Source of the DNA: Octopus vulgaris
Lineage: Eukaryota
NCBI GenBank assembly: GCA_951406725.2
Contig: OX597823.1
Location: 90,148,001 to 90,212,000, forward strand
Length of the DNA stretch: 64,000 bases
Direction of reading: 5' to 3'
The position numbers and the translations under genes are program-made. The notes beneath the pieces were generated by a model that searched no databases, was not told the origin of the DNA, and was given only the letters and a program-made list of their open reading frames with translations. Shown here piece after piece: positions 26,561 to 40,092 of this stretch. How positions within the stretch are numbered: position 1 is the stretch's first letter; every line of letters begins with the position of its first letter.

Positions 26561-28812
26561 CTGCAGATGATAGTAGTAGAAAACGAAATCCTGCCTGGTC
26601 GTTCTACCAAGACACGAACTTATTTGCATAATTGTACAAGGTCGACGACCGGACGTTAATCATAATGGATTTCAACCAGTGTACCGTGCCTTATGAATAA
26701 ATGTGATTGTTTGTGGCGGGGGTACGTGCGAGTGTAAAATGTATGTGTGTGTGTGTGTTGGTACAAATCTATGAGTAACTGGGCATTGGTGTTTATGTAT
26801 GTACGTGAGTAAAATATGTATTGGTGTGTATCCATGTATGTAAATATATGCACACAAGTGTGTGTATACGTTTGGTCTTTCTGCCAAGGCACGAACCTAT
26901 TTGCATAATCGTACAAAGTCGACGGCCTGACTAACTAGAATAATACTATCATAGATACAGTGTGGTTTATGAATTTATTCATAAATTAAAGAATTATTAA
27001 ATAAACCAAGGATTTCCTTTTCAGAGAGAATCGACGAAAAGATTCTTTGGTATATACTAATATACTTTTTTCGAAATTGGTGATATGAACTTATAGGTAC
27101 GCTAGTACCAGAATTGTTACATTGTCGGACAGAATGCTGTGTGATAACCGTTCCGGTTATCTCCACTCTGAGTTCAAATGCCACCGCGGTCAATTTTGTC
27201 TGTGCACCCTTTCGGGGTCGATAAACTAACTATCTGCAATGAGGGGTGGTTCTTTTTCTCTCTGTTAGTCTTTGTTCCTGGAAGGTCAGACTTGGAGGAT
27301 AGATTCCGCTAGGTCTAAAAAAAAAAAAAGCAAACGAAAGAAAAGAAACCCAAAACAAAACCCAAGCCACGCCATAAATCGGGTCGGCACCCCACCTACG
27401 TCACCATCAAGGCATTGAATGCCCAAAGAATGGTGGTAATAAGAACTTATGCGAGCTCATTGACTATTCCCTTCCACGCAAATTGCTGGCCTTATGCCAG
27501 GCAGAATCGTTAGCGTGTCGTACAAAATGCTCAGCGGCATTTCGGCCGTCTTTTGAGTTTAATTCCGCCGAGATCGACTTTGCCTTTCATTTTTTCGAGG
27601 GCGATAAAAAAAGAACCAGTTGAATATCGGAATCAATGAAAGCAACTTAACCCTTCCTCTAAAACTGCTGGCCGCCGCCTTCTTATCATTATTATTATTC
27701 CATGTTTTATTGTTGATGTCTTAGAAATCGATAGAGGTGATTTCCTTGGTGCCAGCTTTGCCAACCGTAAAATCAGCGAAGCAAGTCGAATAAAACAGGG
27801 TTCGTTCCGCTACTTGAACACGCTCAAATTTATTTATTTATTCAGATTGACATTTAATTATTATTAATTGACGAAGCATTCAATAAACAAATAAATAAAG
27901 CGTGGAATGGGAAAAGCTAAATCAAACAAGATAAAGAAAAAAATAAAATATAATGCTGCCTTGTGGAAGACAACACAAAAGACAGAATGGAGACATTATC
28001 GCAAAAAGAGAGGAAATAATGCGTGTTTGAACTATATAAATACGCACTGACGTACGTGCGTATGTATGTATATAAAGAGATGTATAGAATATTCCCCTAT
28101 GTATGTGGGTGTAATACTATTTATATATTCACGTGGAAAACGATGTATAAACAAGAATAAACAAGCGTGGAATCAATGTAACGAATCAAATAGACATGGT
28201 TCGCTTCTGCCCAACACACACAGTCAACATTTCCAACTGTATATTGATATGGGAAAGCTGAGGAAGAAAGGAAAAAAACAGCAGCGGAGGCAACCCTATA
28301 CAATAGAGTCGGAAATTATCTAGCGTACCAAAAATTGTAATTTTTTCGGGTGTGTATATTTCATTCATTGCAGATTATAATTCTGTTCCACCTCAAATTT
28401 CTATATTTTGCGGGTTAGGTTGGTGGTGTCCTATCTCTTTATTGTGTACATTTTTTATACTTTTATTTTCTTTTGACCATTTCATTAGATTTACATTTTA
28501 AACACTTGAAATTACGATCCTTCAAAAACATTCGTAACTTTTTACAACGGTTAATATAATTTCTCTCCACTCCTCCCGAAATAAAATGAGAAAATAAAAA
28601 ATATTGAAAATAAAAAAAATTACGGAAAAAAAGGGGAGGTGGGCACAAAATTTTCCCCCACCAACTGTCAATTTCCTTTTCTTTCTTCATAGAATCGTAA
28701 TTTGTGGTGCTTAAAATATATAATTACCAAAGAAATTAGTTTTTGGCGCATTATATTATTTCCAACACTATTGTCAGGGAACGATATATATATAAGTTTG
28801 GAATAATATTCC

Positions 28813-28872
<60 letters not shown>

Positions 28873-29431
28873 ATGTCTTGCAAATGATAAAGAACAAGAA
28901 CAGAAAGAAGAAAAAAATAAAGAGGAAGAATTTATGCAGTTGCTGCTAACTACTACCAAATCTATAAATGACACACAAAGACAAATACACGCACGTACGC
29001 ATACACAAAAACATATGTACATACATACATACATACGAATCAACGTGTTCGCACAGAACCAACCTGCTAGAGATAGCAGTCACATCTTCGAACCGCACAT
29101 TTCACATCTTAAAAACAAAAATAATCGAAAAGAATAAAAGATCCGATAAAAAGATGCATGAAATAATGTAGTCTGAGAGACACAACGACCGAAATAAACA
29201 AAATTAATGTAATAAAACAAATAAATAAAAAGATGGGATGGTCACAGGTGGAATGTATTTGACCCAATGCAAAGTTCGATTAAGGGTGACCGATTTAGCT
29301 TAAACAACAACAATACATGCGCGATCACATTATTCGAATGTGTATATTTATACATTTCTATGTATTTATATTGACACCCAATTAAATTTTGTAAATAAAC
29401 GGTTAACAAGCGATAATTAAGTTATCCTTAC

Positions 29432-29960
29432 CTTTTGCCAAAAGCCGAAGTTAAGTGAATCTTAGAAGTTGCATATTGAGAAACACTGAGTTATTTTATA
29501 TATATTTATATATATCTATGTGTGTGTATATACTATTATATACATGTACGTATAAATAGATTCACATATAAAAGTATAAATATATACACACACGCATTGG
29601 TAGCGACATGATGGTAAACGACAATAACAATGGCCAGAGCTGCTGTTGTTCACCAGCTGAAGAATATCGCATCCTCGTCGTAATTTTTTCGCATCTTTTG
29701 TAGAATATAAATCCGTCTTGTAAAACAATTCTTCATTCTATCGCCGTCTTTTTTTCCTCTTTTTATTCTTCCTTCCTTTCTTTCTTCTTCTACTAACAAT
29801 AACAAACGGGTGCGTGTAGAATAATATGTAATGACTTTTGCGTCAGCCTTCGTTTCTTTTTGCTTTTCTTTCTGTTTCTGCTGCTGGTGTTGATGCTTCT
29901 GTTGGCCTGGCTTGCAGGGTTTCCGGCCGCGGGTTCCATTTAACGTAAAATGTGTTATTG
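29432..29960 (-). other. Candidate first (5'-UTR) exon of HS3ST; 5' boundary approximate
   Basis: Donor AAAG|GTAAGG at 29432/29431. CpG-rich non-transposon sequence, preceded on the minus strand by a (CT)n/(GA)n tract. Confidence 0.45.
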
Positions 29961-29969
29961 TCTTGGAGT

Positions 29970-30004
<35 letters not shown>

Positions 30005-30200
30005 TGAGTGAGAATGTGTGCGATAGAGCGAAAGAGAGAGAGAGAGAGAGAGAAGGGGTGAGAGAAAGGAAATCTAGGAGGAGGTAGAGGAGGAAATAAA
30101 GAATTACTAGAGTAGACTCAATTAGTGAATTGCTATTCTCAAAGAATGGGAGGAACTAGCTAGGTGGATGCCGGAAGTATTTAAATAATATAAACAGTTA
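29960..30200 (-). promoter_or_regulatory. Candidate HS3ST promoter region (GA/CT repeats, CCGGAAGT ETS-like site)
   Basis: (GA)n tracts at 29968-30065 and ccggaagt at ~30171. Lies within the CpG-retaining 26-31.6 kb zone. Confidence 0.3.
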
Positions 30201-31219
30201 TCAAGATTCTCATACAGTTTGTATAATTAGCGGCAGTTTTTAATGTAGTAAGGTTTCTAGTTCCCAAAACACACGAAGGTTTCTGCAATTCTGAAAAGAG
30301 TTGTAATAGTATTGATGGTGGTGTGTTGTTTAACCCCAGGTCAATTTTGATCGAGCAGGCCTAGAATGAGAAATCATTCTAACTGTGACCATCTCACCGT
30401 TTATTTTATCATTTTATTCTTTGGTAATTTTTTTTTTTTTTTTTTACTATTGCACCAGTCTCGCTAGACCAGTGTAAATCTTTAGTCGGAGGACTTTCAG
30501 AATCGTTTTGATTATTTCATGGAGAACGAAAAGGGCGAGGTAGTGGGGTGGTTGTTTCTTTCTCTGAAAGAATTTTTTGTCCCAAGAATTTATCATTTTA
30601 TATCTTCCCCCACCCCGATTCCGCGCCCTTTTTGATAGTACTAACTATTACACCCGTCTCACAAGACGGGTGTAATAGTAATTTTTTTCAAATATAGTAT
30701 TTATCCGTATCAGAAAAAAAAAAAAAGACAGTAGGAATAATTTGAAATTTTGCTTCTATTTTTAGCAGGTGACCGTGTAGAAGCTCCCTCTAGTATAGCA
30801 TAATATGCGGGATAAATAAGAAAGGTTATTCGTTGCTGTTTTAATGAATATTATTTGTTTATTATGAAGAAGAAAATATTAAAACTGAGTGATACAACAT
30901 GTAATGTGTATATCAAAGCTGAAAGACTAACAACCATCGAAAAGCGCCCTTCGTCAAAAGAGATATGAGGTGGGCTGAAAATCGAAACAACATCCACAAA
31001 CGACATGGGGAAGCTTTTGCAACTTTTGTTGTTGTTGTGTCGCCTCAAGTCGATTTTAATTCATCAGTTCTACCATAAAAGACGTTCCAGCCACGATCGT
31101 TTAGTCTTTTTATTTTTTCCTCAGATATATCGAGCATAACGTATTATTGTTTTCATTTATCTATTCAACAGGGAGCCATGACTTGTTTCAGAGCTTCCGG
31201 GACTGGTATGTGGGAGGGC

Positions 31220-31480
31220 GGAAGATATCCTTAAACCAAAGCCTGGCCTGAATGTGTGCAACAGAGCGGAATCCCCTATCTTAAGTTGGAAAAGACAGAG
31301 GACACACTGGACCTAATAGAGTTGTAGGTAATATAAGTGGGAGAGGAAAGCGTCCCACGGTTCCAGAGGACTTTTAAGCTGGAAGCCACGGATAATTTCC
31401 AGAAATCCCTCGTCTGATAGTGCTATAGGAGGTGGTTCGAAATAATCCTCTACAGACATGGTCCTGTCCGAGATGCACGT
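31220..31480 (-). mobile_element. Possible highly degenerate non-LTR RT N-terminal fragment
   Basis: FLEIIRGFQLKSPLEPWD..KIGDSALLHTFRP loosely resembles K(S/A)PGPDG..K.GD...L.NFRP. Confidence 0.3.
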
Positions 31481-32799
31481 ACAGCGACGAAACCATTCTG
31501 AACACACTCGTCCTGTGTTTGGGAACCGAGCCTTGGGGGAGGGGGTGATGGTAGCGATCTAAACGCTATTTAGATATTTAGCACGGTATAAAACATTCTC
31601 TCGTGACATTTTAGCTGTAATAATAAGAATGATTTGTAGTAGTAATTAAAATATGACTGCATTTAAATTAGCGGCTGTAAATGACACGGGTGGAAGAAAA
31701 TATGTAAGAGCATATTTATTTATATTATGTGCGTGTATGTGTTTATGTGTGTGTTTGAGTGTGTGAATATATAAAGGCATGTGGATGGGTTAATGTGCGT
31801 AAATGTTTGTGTTGTGTGCGTATGTAAATGTAAATGTGCATGTTGGTGTGTATACACATGTTTGTGCATAAGTATATGCATGTATGTGTGTTGGTGTATA
31901 TGCATATATGTGTGTGTGTGCAAACGTGTCTTGGTGCATATGCCTATATGTGACTGTAAATGTATGTGCGTGTGTGTGTGTATGTATGTATATATATATA
32001 TAATCGAGATTCAGTTGAATTAGGTACCTAAGTTGAAGCACCAAAATTTAGTGCGGTATTATCCGTACAATTCAAAATAAGGTGAATAAAATCAAAATAA
32101 GCAACAGGATATCCTGATGCTTATTTTGATTTATACACACACACACTCACACACACACACACACTCACACACACACACATATAAAGGATATTATAAAATA
32201 ATAATAATATCAGTGGGTAGCATGCATTAAAATAGAGATAAAAATTAAAGTCTATAATTATATATATGATATATAATTATAATGAAAGGTACTAGGGAAA
32301 AGTATTTGTATGCTAGAAATAGAAGTCAAAACGACTCTATGAGTGATTTATAATTATATATATATATATATATATTATATATAGAGATATGTATATACAT
32401 TGATAAGAGAACAAGCATCAAATTCGAGTCAACGACTGTACAACACCACGCTTCAATACATTTGATCATATATAAATATTACCATGGCTCTTAAACATAT
32501 AAAGAATACATACATAAAAAATACAGAAGGTAAAAATATATATGCAATAAAAATGCAAATATATAGAACAGCTTATCAAGAACGTGTATACAATCTACTA
32601 AAAAATCTAAAGTGTGTCATGCGACTAAAAATCTAAGTAAAATATCAATCGATTAAAAAAGATTTTTTTTATTATATCAATGTCTTTTTTTTTATCTCTG
32701 TCTCAATCTCATTTGAGCACTTCTTTTTTGTAGTTGTATAAACTTTTTTGTCTCTATAAAAAGAGGCAAAAATTATTTCTAGTCATATATATATATGTA

Positions 32800-32848
<49 letters not shown>

Positions 32849-33184
32849 AGAGATAAATAATTTGGGAAAACAAATTTCCAAATCATTCAGGTGTAACCCT
32901 GCAGTGTTATATGCATCTCCATATCTTACTTTGGGGTCTTATTTATCATATATTTGTATATTTATCTGTAAATATACAAAGTATCTGATAAAAGCCAATA
33001 TTCAATTTTTGGGGATTAATTGATATGCGGGTATTCTGTTTCAGATAATACAAAAATAACCCAATGAGTATATCTGACAGTAAACTCATGGTATCAGTTT
33101 GCACATCACGAAATAATACTTAAAGGATATAACTAAAATTTCCAGCTGGGTATATAATGTACTTCATTAATTATATCATACTTT

Positions 33185-33584
33185 AGGAGTGGCTGTGTGG
33201 TAAGTAGCTTGGCTACCAACCACATGGTTCCGGGTTCAGTCCCACTGCGTAGCACCTTCGGCAAGTGTCTTCTACTATAGCCTCGGGCCGACCAAAGCCT
33301 TGTGAGGGATTTGGTTGACGGAATCTGAAAGAAGCCCGTCGTATATATGTATATATATATATATGTGTGTGTGTGCGTGTATGTTTGTGTGTCTGTGTCT
33401 GTCCCCCTAGCATTGCTTGACAACCAATGCTGGTGTGTTTATGTCCCCGTTACTTAGTGGTTCGGCAAAAAGAGACCGATAGAATAAGTACTGGGCTTAC
33501 AAAGAATAAGTCCCGGGGTCGAGTTGCTCGACTAAAGGCGGTGCTCCAGCATGGCCGCAGTCAAATGACTGAAACAAGTAAAGA

Positions 33585-33585
<1 letters not shown>
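33185..33585 (+). mobile_element. Family A SINE
   Basis: Homology to 42740-43157. Confidence 0.88.
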
Positions 33586-33666
<81 letters not shown>

Positions 33667-35232
33667 TGTGTGTGTATCAAATTCTATGTTATTTCATTAT
33701 ATGATTACAGTTTGACAGAAATAATGAGATTATTTTCCAACATGTCCAGGAGGACATGCTGGAATAAGAACCCCTTCCCCACTTTTTTCACAAAAATTTC
33801 TTTGGATTCCTGTTTTCCATCCCTCAAAACTTAAAAAAAACAAAAAAAACAGATTTTCAAATTTTTGATTTTGCTCTCCAGCTCAGTGCCACCAATATTT
33901 TGGTTTTTAACTTCTTTTCAAAGAAATTTTTTTGCAGGGGACTCCATGTTGAAAAATAGGAAGATTATGGACAGAAGAAAAAGTAAAATAATTTTCAAAT
34001 TTTTAATCTGTCTCTTTTCCAATATATTTTTTTGTTTTTAATTTTTAAAAACCTTTTTTCAATTTTTTTGTTGTTGTTCAGGATTCCATAGTTTTAAAAA
34101 AGAGAAAATTTTTATCTCTTCCCTTCCAACAAATTCTTTTTTTTTTTGATATTTTTCTTCAAAATGTACTGATTGCTTAAAATAATTTCTCATTTTCAAT
34201 TTATGATCATTAACCCCTTAACCAACAATTATTTTGAAAATAAATGTATTTTTTCAGACATATTTTTTAATTGTTTTATTTTACTATGTTTTGAATGGTG
34301 ATTTCGAGGTACATTTCAAACCTTATTTATTATGAATTTTAATTCAATAATATTGATTTTAAATTACCGCTTTGGGCAGAAACGAGTTAACCCATTTTTA
34401 GACGAAGGAACTCGTTTGCTGTCGATTTTGGCGAGTCTATCTTTTGACGAGTTAACTCGCCAGAGATAGAAAAAAACGATTTCGGTCAAAACGCATATAT
34501 TCGTTTCTGCCGGGTAAGGGGTTAACCTCCCCATAAAAAAAAGCAGCCAAATATTCGATATGTAATTGAAAGTTCAGGGATGGAGGAAATGACGACAACA
34601 ACAATATCCATTTTCCTCTTGTTCTGGTCCAACGACTCTCCATGTTTTGTTTTCGTTCGGTTTTCATGTATGTCTCCATTGTCATGGTTTTGTTCTCAAC
34701 TTTCACCCTCCATAAATCCTAAATTTTATTTTAGAATTTATGGGAGCAACTGTCTTTGAAGACTCGTATTGTCGTTGAATGCTCGAAATGAGGAGTAGAC
34801 AGACAGCTGACAACTGATGAAGGGTTGTTTCTCTGTGTTTACTTGTCCTGTTTTCTATTTTTTTTCTCTTGTTGTTTGCATATTTAACTCGTTTGTATGC
34901 ATATTTCATGTTGTTTACACAGTTGGTGACGCCCTGTACCCATATATGCATATATACAAATACATATATATATATATATATATATATTAAATTAGAGATA
35001 AAACCACTATTAGGCAAATCAAACAGTGAAAAACATAAACCAAAACATAGAAATAAAATTAATTAATGTAATATACAAAATATATGAAATATAAAATTCA
35101 AAATTTAAATCAATTAAATTTAAAGTTAAAATTTTAAAAATTTTTTTAAATATTAATTTATACTTATAAATTTATATACATATATATATTGTTATTATTT
35201 TTATTATTTTTTAAATTATATATTTATTTATT

Positions 35233-35273
<41 letters not shown>

Positions 35274-35829
35274 TGTAAAATTAGATTTAATCCTAAATCT
35301 AATTTTTCCCTGTAAGTTTGGATTTATTCCCTAATATTATTATTATGTATATATATATATATATATAAAACGAGGCATACAACATAAGGAATATTTCCCT
35401 TCTTTAGTTGTACCTGTTTCATCTACTCTGCGTTATATGAGTAGTTTAAAATGTGGATTAAAAGAATCGTGTGGCTATCACAGTATGCTCCTTTCACGGA
35501 TTCAATTATCAGTCCACAGTTCATGTAGTTATTAATTACAAAGTTGGATAGTATGAAGTATCTGTGTATTTGAAAATTCCCAAAACCTGGGCAATAAAAT
35601 TATTCACTGAGGCGAATAAAAAGAACACGATGCCAGGAGGTAGGACAGATGAATATATATTTATTTAACCTCACGGTTAAATAAATACATATTCACCTCT
35701 CAAACCTCATAACTTTATGTTTTATATGCATATATATATATGATGATGATGATATATATACATACATACATATATACATACATACATACATACATACATA
35801 AGCATATATATATATATATACATATATAT

Positions 35830-36059
35830 TCTTTTATTCTTTTACTTGTTTCAGTCATTTGATTGCGGCCATGCTTGAGCACCACCTTTAGTTGAGCAAA
35901 TCAATCCCAGGACTTATTCTTTGTAAGCCTAGTACTTATTCTATCAGTCTCTTTTGCCGAACTGCTAAGTTACAGGGACGTAAACACACCAGCATCAGTT
36001 GCCAAGCGATGTTGGGGGGGGGGACGAACACAAACACACAAACATATACACACACATAC

Positions 36060-36090
<31 letters not shown>

Positions 36091-36253
36091 CGACGGGCTT
36101 CTTTCAGTTTCCGTCTACTAAATCTACTCTACAAGGCTTTGGTCGGCCTGAGTCTATAGTAGAAGACACTTGCTCAAGGTGCCACGCAGTGGGATTGAAC
36201 CCAGAACCATGTGGTTGGTAAACAAGCTACTTACCACACAGCCACTCTGCGCC
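35830..36253 (-). mobile_element. Family A SINE
   Basis: Homology to 42740-43157. Confidence 0.88.
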
Positions 36254-36596
36254 TATATATATATAACAATTGCAGCATTGAAGGTGTTTATAAGCCATTT
36301 AAGAAACACACAAAAACCATGCAGCACGGAATTTTGTCAGTGAACAGGTTGCGGTCTCAAAGTGATGAAAATATTCACTGATACATTCACTGTGTGTATG
36401 TATATCTTTTGGATTTTTGTTGTTTGTTTTTATTTTTGTTTTTACTTTGACTGGCTGTGTGGTAAAAACTTTGCCTTCCAACAACATGGTTCTGGGTTCA
36501 GTCCCACTGCATGGCAAGTGCCTTCTACTATAGCCTTGGGCCAACCAAAGCCTTGTGAGCGGATTTGATAGACAGAAACTGAAAGAAGCCCATCGT

Positions 36597-36638
<42 letters not shown>

Positions 36639-36958
36639 GTATATGTTCGTGTGTCTGTGTTTGTCCCCTGCCATCGCTTGACAACCGATGTTGGTGTGTT
36701 TACATGCCCATAAATTAGTGGTTCAGCAAAAGAGATCGATAGAATAAGTACTAGGGTTATGAAGAATAAGTTCTGGGGTCAATTTGTTCAACTAAAGGCG
36801 TTGCTCCAGCATGGCTGCAGTCAAATGACTGAAACAGGTAAAAGAATATATGGTAGATCCTGGAAGGTCTAGCACTTAATTTTGGGATTGAAATCTATAC
36901 CAACTCTTAACTGGATGTTACTGCATAATACTGAAGCTCCTATCCTCTCCATCTAGAG

Positions 36959-37664
36959 CAGGGGTCACCAAATTATAGCCTGCAGGCCGGATCCAGCCCA
37001 CGAGGTCAGTTCATCCAGCCCACTGCTGCACTGTACTCGTTGTGCAAGCACCTGCAATGAGTTACAGTCTCAATTGGCTTGCTGGGCCTTCTGAAGCACA
37101 ACATATTTCTAAAGGTCTCGGTCACTAGACATTGCCTCACTGAGGCCTAATGTTCGAAGGTTGTGCATCACCACCTCATCCCAAGTCTTCCTGGGTCTAC
37201 CTCTTCCATAGGTTCCCTCAACCGCTAGGGCATAGCACTTTTTCACACAGCTGTCCTCATCCACTCCTATGTCTGTGAGCAAATATTTTCAAAAATGAAG
37301 AAAGTGAAGTCAGCACATTGAACAAGGTCGACTGATGAACATTTGAAAGCTATTCTCTTGATTGGATGCAGCAATTCCAAAACAAATATTGATGATATCT
37401 TAAAAGCTAAGCACCAGTTTCACAAATCTCACTAACCTTTTTTGCTGCTTAGTTTGTGAGATTCGGATATGTGTGCACTGGATGTGATATAACTATCTCA
37501 TTGCTAACATCACTTTCTTTGATAACTTTCTGGTAAATGAATATGTTGGTTGTCTTTATTTTTTGTGTATTCACTGTATTGTAGTGAACAAAATGATTAT
37601 GTGGCCTGCACTCATCATTCTCTCATTTATTTGGCCCACCGTGAAAAAAGTTTGGTAACCCTTT
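36959..37664 (+). mobile_element. Deleted hAT (Buster/Charlie-type) transposon carrying an internal antisense RTE fragment
   Basis: 8-bp TSD ATCTAGAG (nnnTAnnn) at 36951-36958 and 37665-37672. TIR CAGGGGTCACCAAA / TTTGGTAACCCTTT. C-terminal peptide YVCEQIFSKMKKVKS..TDEHLKAILLIG at 37268-37435. RTE piece at ~37090-37263(-). Confidence 0.85.
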
Positions 37665-38825
37665 ATCTAGAGCAAAGATCCATTACAGCTTAAGTTTCAA
37701 GGCCCCATAGCTTTTCAATACATAGCCATAAACAAAAAAATACCCCCAAAACTCAGAGATTTATGAAGCATAGTTGCAGATGTGTTCAAAGAACATTTAG
37801 ACAAGTTTTTCTCAGAGACACCAGGCAAATCCACACTGTGGCAAGAAATTCAAAGAAGGGCAGTCCTGTCCACCTCACTGCTTCACCAGAATCAGATCCA
37901 GAGACAGATGGATGGGAAACTGAGTTTGAAATAAACTAACAATCATGCAAATGGCAGTGCTCCAGTATGGCCACAACCCTTGGCTGAAACCAAGTTGAAA
38001 GGCACTGATATATTCAATAATGTACACTTAGAGACATCAGATTTGAAAAGTAAAAAGATAGAATGGTCACTGCCTGGGTGTCCTTTATCAGAGATCTACA
38101 TCATCAAAACTGATCTGGACCTAATCAACAATTACCATAACAATAAATAAAGGGTATCTACTAAGTAATTTCTTAGGCTGCTAGAAATAGCAGTTAAATC
38201 TCTTGGATTACATGATATTGTCTTTAAAAATGTTGGTGAGCACATTGGAAAATGTAGTCGAAGTTGCATTATACACACTAGCTCATATGCACATAAAACA
38301 CATACATATACATATATATACATGTATATAGATAAACATCAATGCACACATTTATACATGCACAATCATGTATACATACAAATTTACACTTACACATACA
38401 TAATGTTGTTTTGTATATAATCATTTGTATAGTTTAGATGATATATACATGCATACATAAAATATATGCAATTGTGTGTCTGTATGTGTATATATATTAT
38501 TGGCTCTCATGCCCGTGGCACATAAAAAGCACCATCTGAATATGGCTGATGCCAGTAGCCCCTGACTGGCCCCTGTGCTGGTGGCATGTAAAAAGCACTA
38601 TCCATAAAAGTGATTGATGCCTGTCCTGCGTGACTTGCTCCTGTGCCGGTTGCATGTAAAAAGCACCCACTACATTCTTGGAGTGGTTTGCATTAGGAAG
38701 GGCATCCAGCTGTAGAAACATTACCAGATCAGAATGGAGCCTTGTGCAGCCGCTGACTCTCCAAACCATCCAACCCATGCCAGCATGGAAAATGGACATT
38801 AAATGATGATGATGATATATATATA

Positions 38826-39212
38826 TGGCGCAGGAGTGGCTGTGTGGTAAGTAGTTTGCTAACCAACCACATGGTTCCGGGTTCAGTCCCACTGCGTGGC
38901 ATCTTGGGCAAGTGTCTTCTGTTATAGCCCCGGGCCGACCAATGCCTTGTGAGTGGATTTGGTAGATGGAAACTGAAAGAAGCCTGTCATATATATATGT
39001 ATGTGTGTTTGTGTGTCTGTGTTTGTCCCCCTTGCATTGCTTGACAACCGATGCTGGTGTGTTTATGTCCCCGTCACTTAGCGGTTCGGCAAAAAAGACC
39101 GATAGAATAAGTACTAGGCTTACAAAGAATAAGTCCCGGGGTCGATTTGCTCGACTAAAGGCAGTGCTCCAGCATGGCCGCAGTCAAATGACTGAAACAA
39201 GTAAAAGAGAGT
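38826..39212 (+). mobile_element. Family A SINE
   Basis: Homology to 42740-43157. Confidence 0.88.
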
Positions 39213-39237
39213 AATATGTATGTATTCTCAAACAAAA

Positions 39238-39275
39238 TTGTCTGATGAACAGGAATGTGAAACTCAGAGTAAGAG
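39238..39275 (+). ncRNA. Minimal type I hammerhead ribozyme-like motif, intact core
   Basis: ttgt-CTGATGA-ACA-GGAA-TGT-GAAA-CTC-A-GAG-TA-agag. Paralog on the minus strand at 14745-14782 has a perfect stem I (CTGT/ACAG). Confidence 0.7.
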
Positions 39276-39661
39276 TTTTTATGATGTCTTTGCAGCTTTA
39301 ATAATAAAGCATATTACTCTACCTCCAATATTCAAGGACTATTTTTCCCAACTTGTGCTTACTCTGGTATATATATATATTCTCTCTCTGTTTATTTCCT
39401 CGTGTTCCTTTCTGTTGAAGAGCGTAGGTTCAAACGTCAGAGACTTTCTCACCTTCCCAAGCATCAAACTAATACACCTGCTTGTTGTTTATACACTTCT
39501 ATATTTAAGAGATGAGGAATTATGTACATTATTTACATTATACGGATATTTGTCCTCATCTTGTTTGTTATTAACACGTTTCAGCTGATATACCCTCCAG
39601 CTTTCATCAGGTGTCTTGGGAAAATTTCGAACCTGAGTTCTCGTTCCTAAGGTATTTTTTA

Positions 39662-39694
<33 letters not shown>

Positions 39695-39998
39695 GGTGGT
39701 GGTGGTGGTGGTGGTGGTGCTGCTGCTGCTGCTGCTGCTGCTGTGCTGCTGGTGCTGGTGCTGCTGCTGCTGCTGCTGTTGTTGTTGTTGTTGTTGCTGC
39801 TGCTGCTGCTGCTGTTCTTCTTATTATCATTATTATTATTATTATTATTATTATCATTATTATTATTATTATTATTATTATTTAGGTCACTGCCTGGAAT
39901 TGAACTACTACCTCAAGGTTCCAATTTCGATTCCAGGCAGTGACCTGAATAATAATAATTATAATAATAATAATAATAATAATAACAACAACAACAAC
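39662..39998. repeat. Compound trinucleotide microsatellite (GAT)(GGT)(GCT)(GTT)(ATT)..(AAT)(AAC)
   Basis: Read directly. Similar compound arrays at 43465-43740 and 60761-60945. Confidence 0.95.
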
Positions 39999-40046
39999 GT
40001 CGAAAAATACCTTAGGAATGAGAACCCAGGTTCAAAATTTCCCCAA

Positions 40047-40092
40047 GACACCTGATGAAGGCTGGAGGGTATATCAGTTGAAATGTTGTGTT
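40047..40092 (+). ncRNA. Minimal hammerhead-like motif (inverted partner at 39573-39615, minus strand)
   Basis: GACAC-CTGATGA-A-GGCTG-gagggtatat-CAGTT-GAAA-T-GTT-GTGTT. The partner has AGCTG/CAGCT stem II and GAAAC. Confidence 0.62.

Noticed and set aside
39489-40055. PolyQ/H/A/G/L/C ORFs resembling a transcription-factor low-complexity region
   Set aside because: Compound trinucleotide microsatellite with no domain and no splice context.
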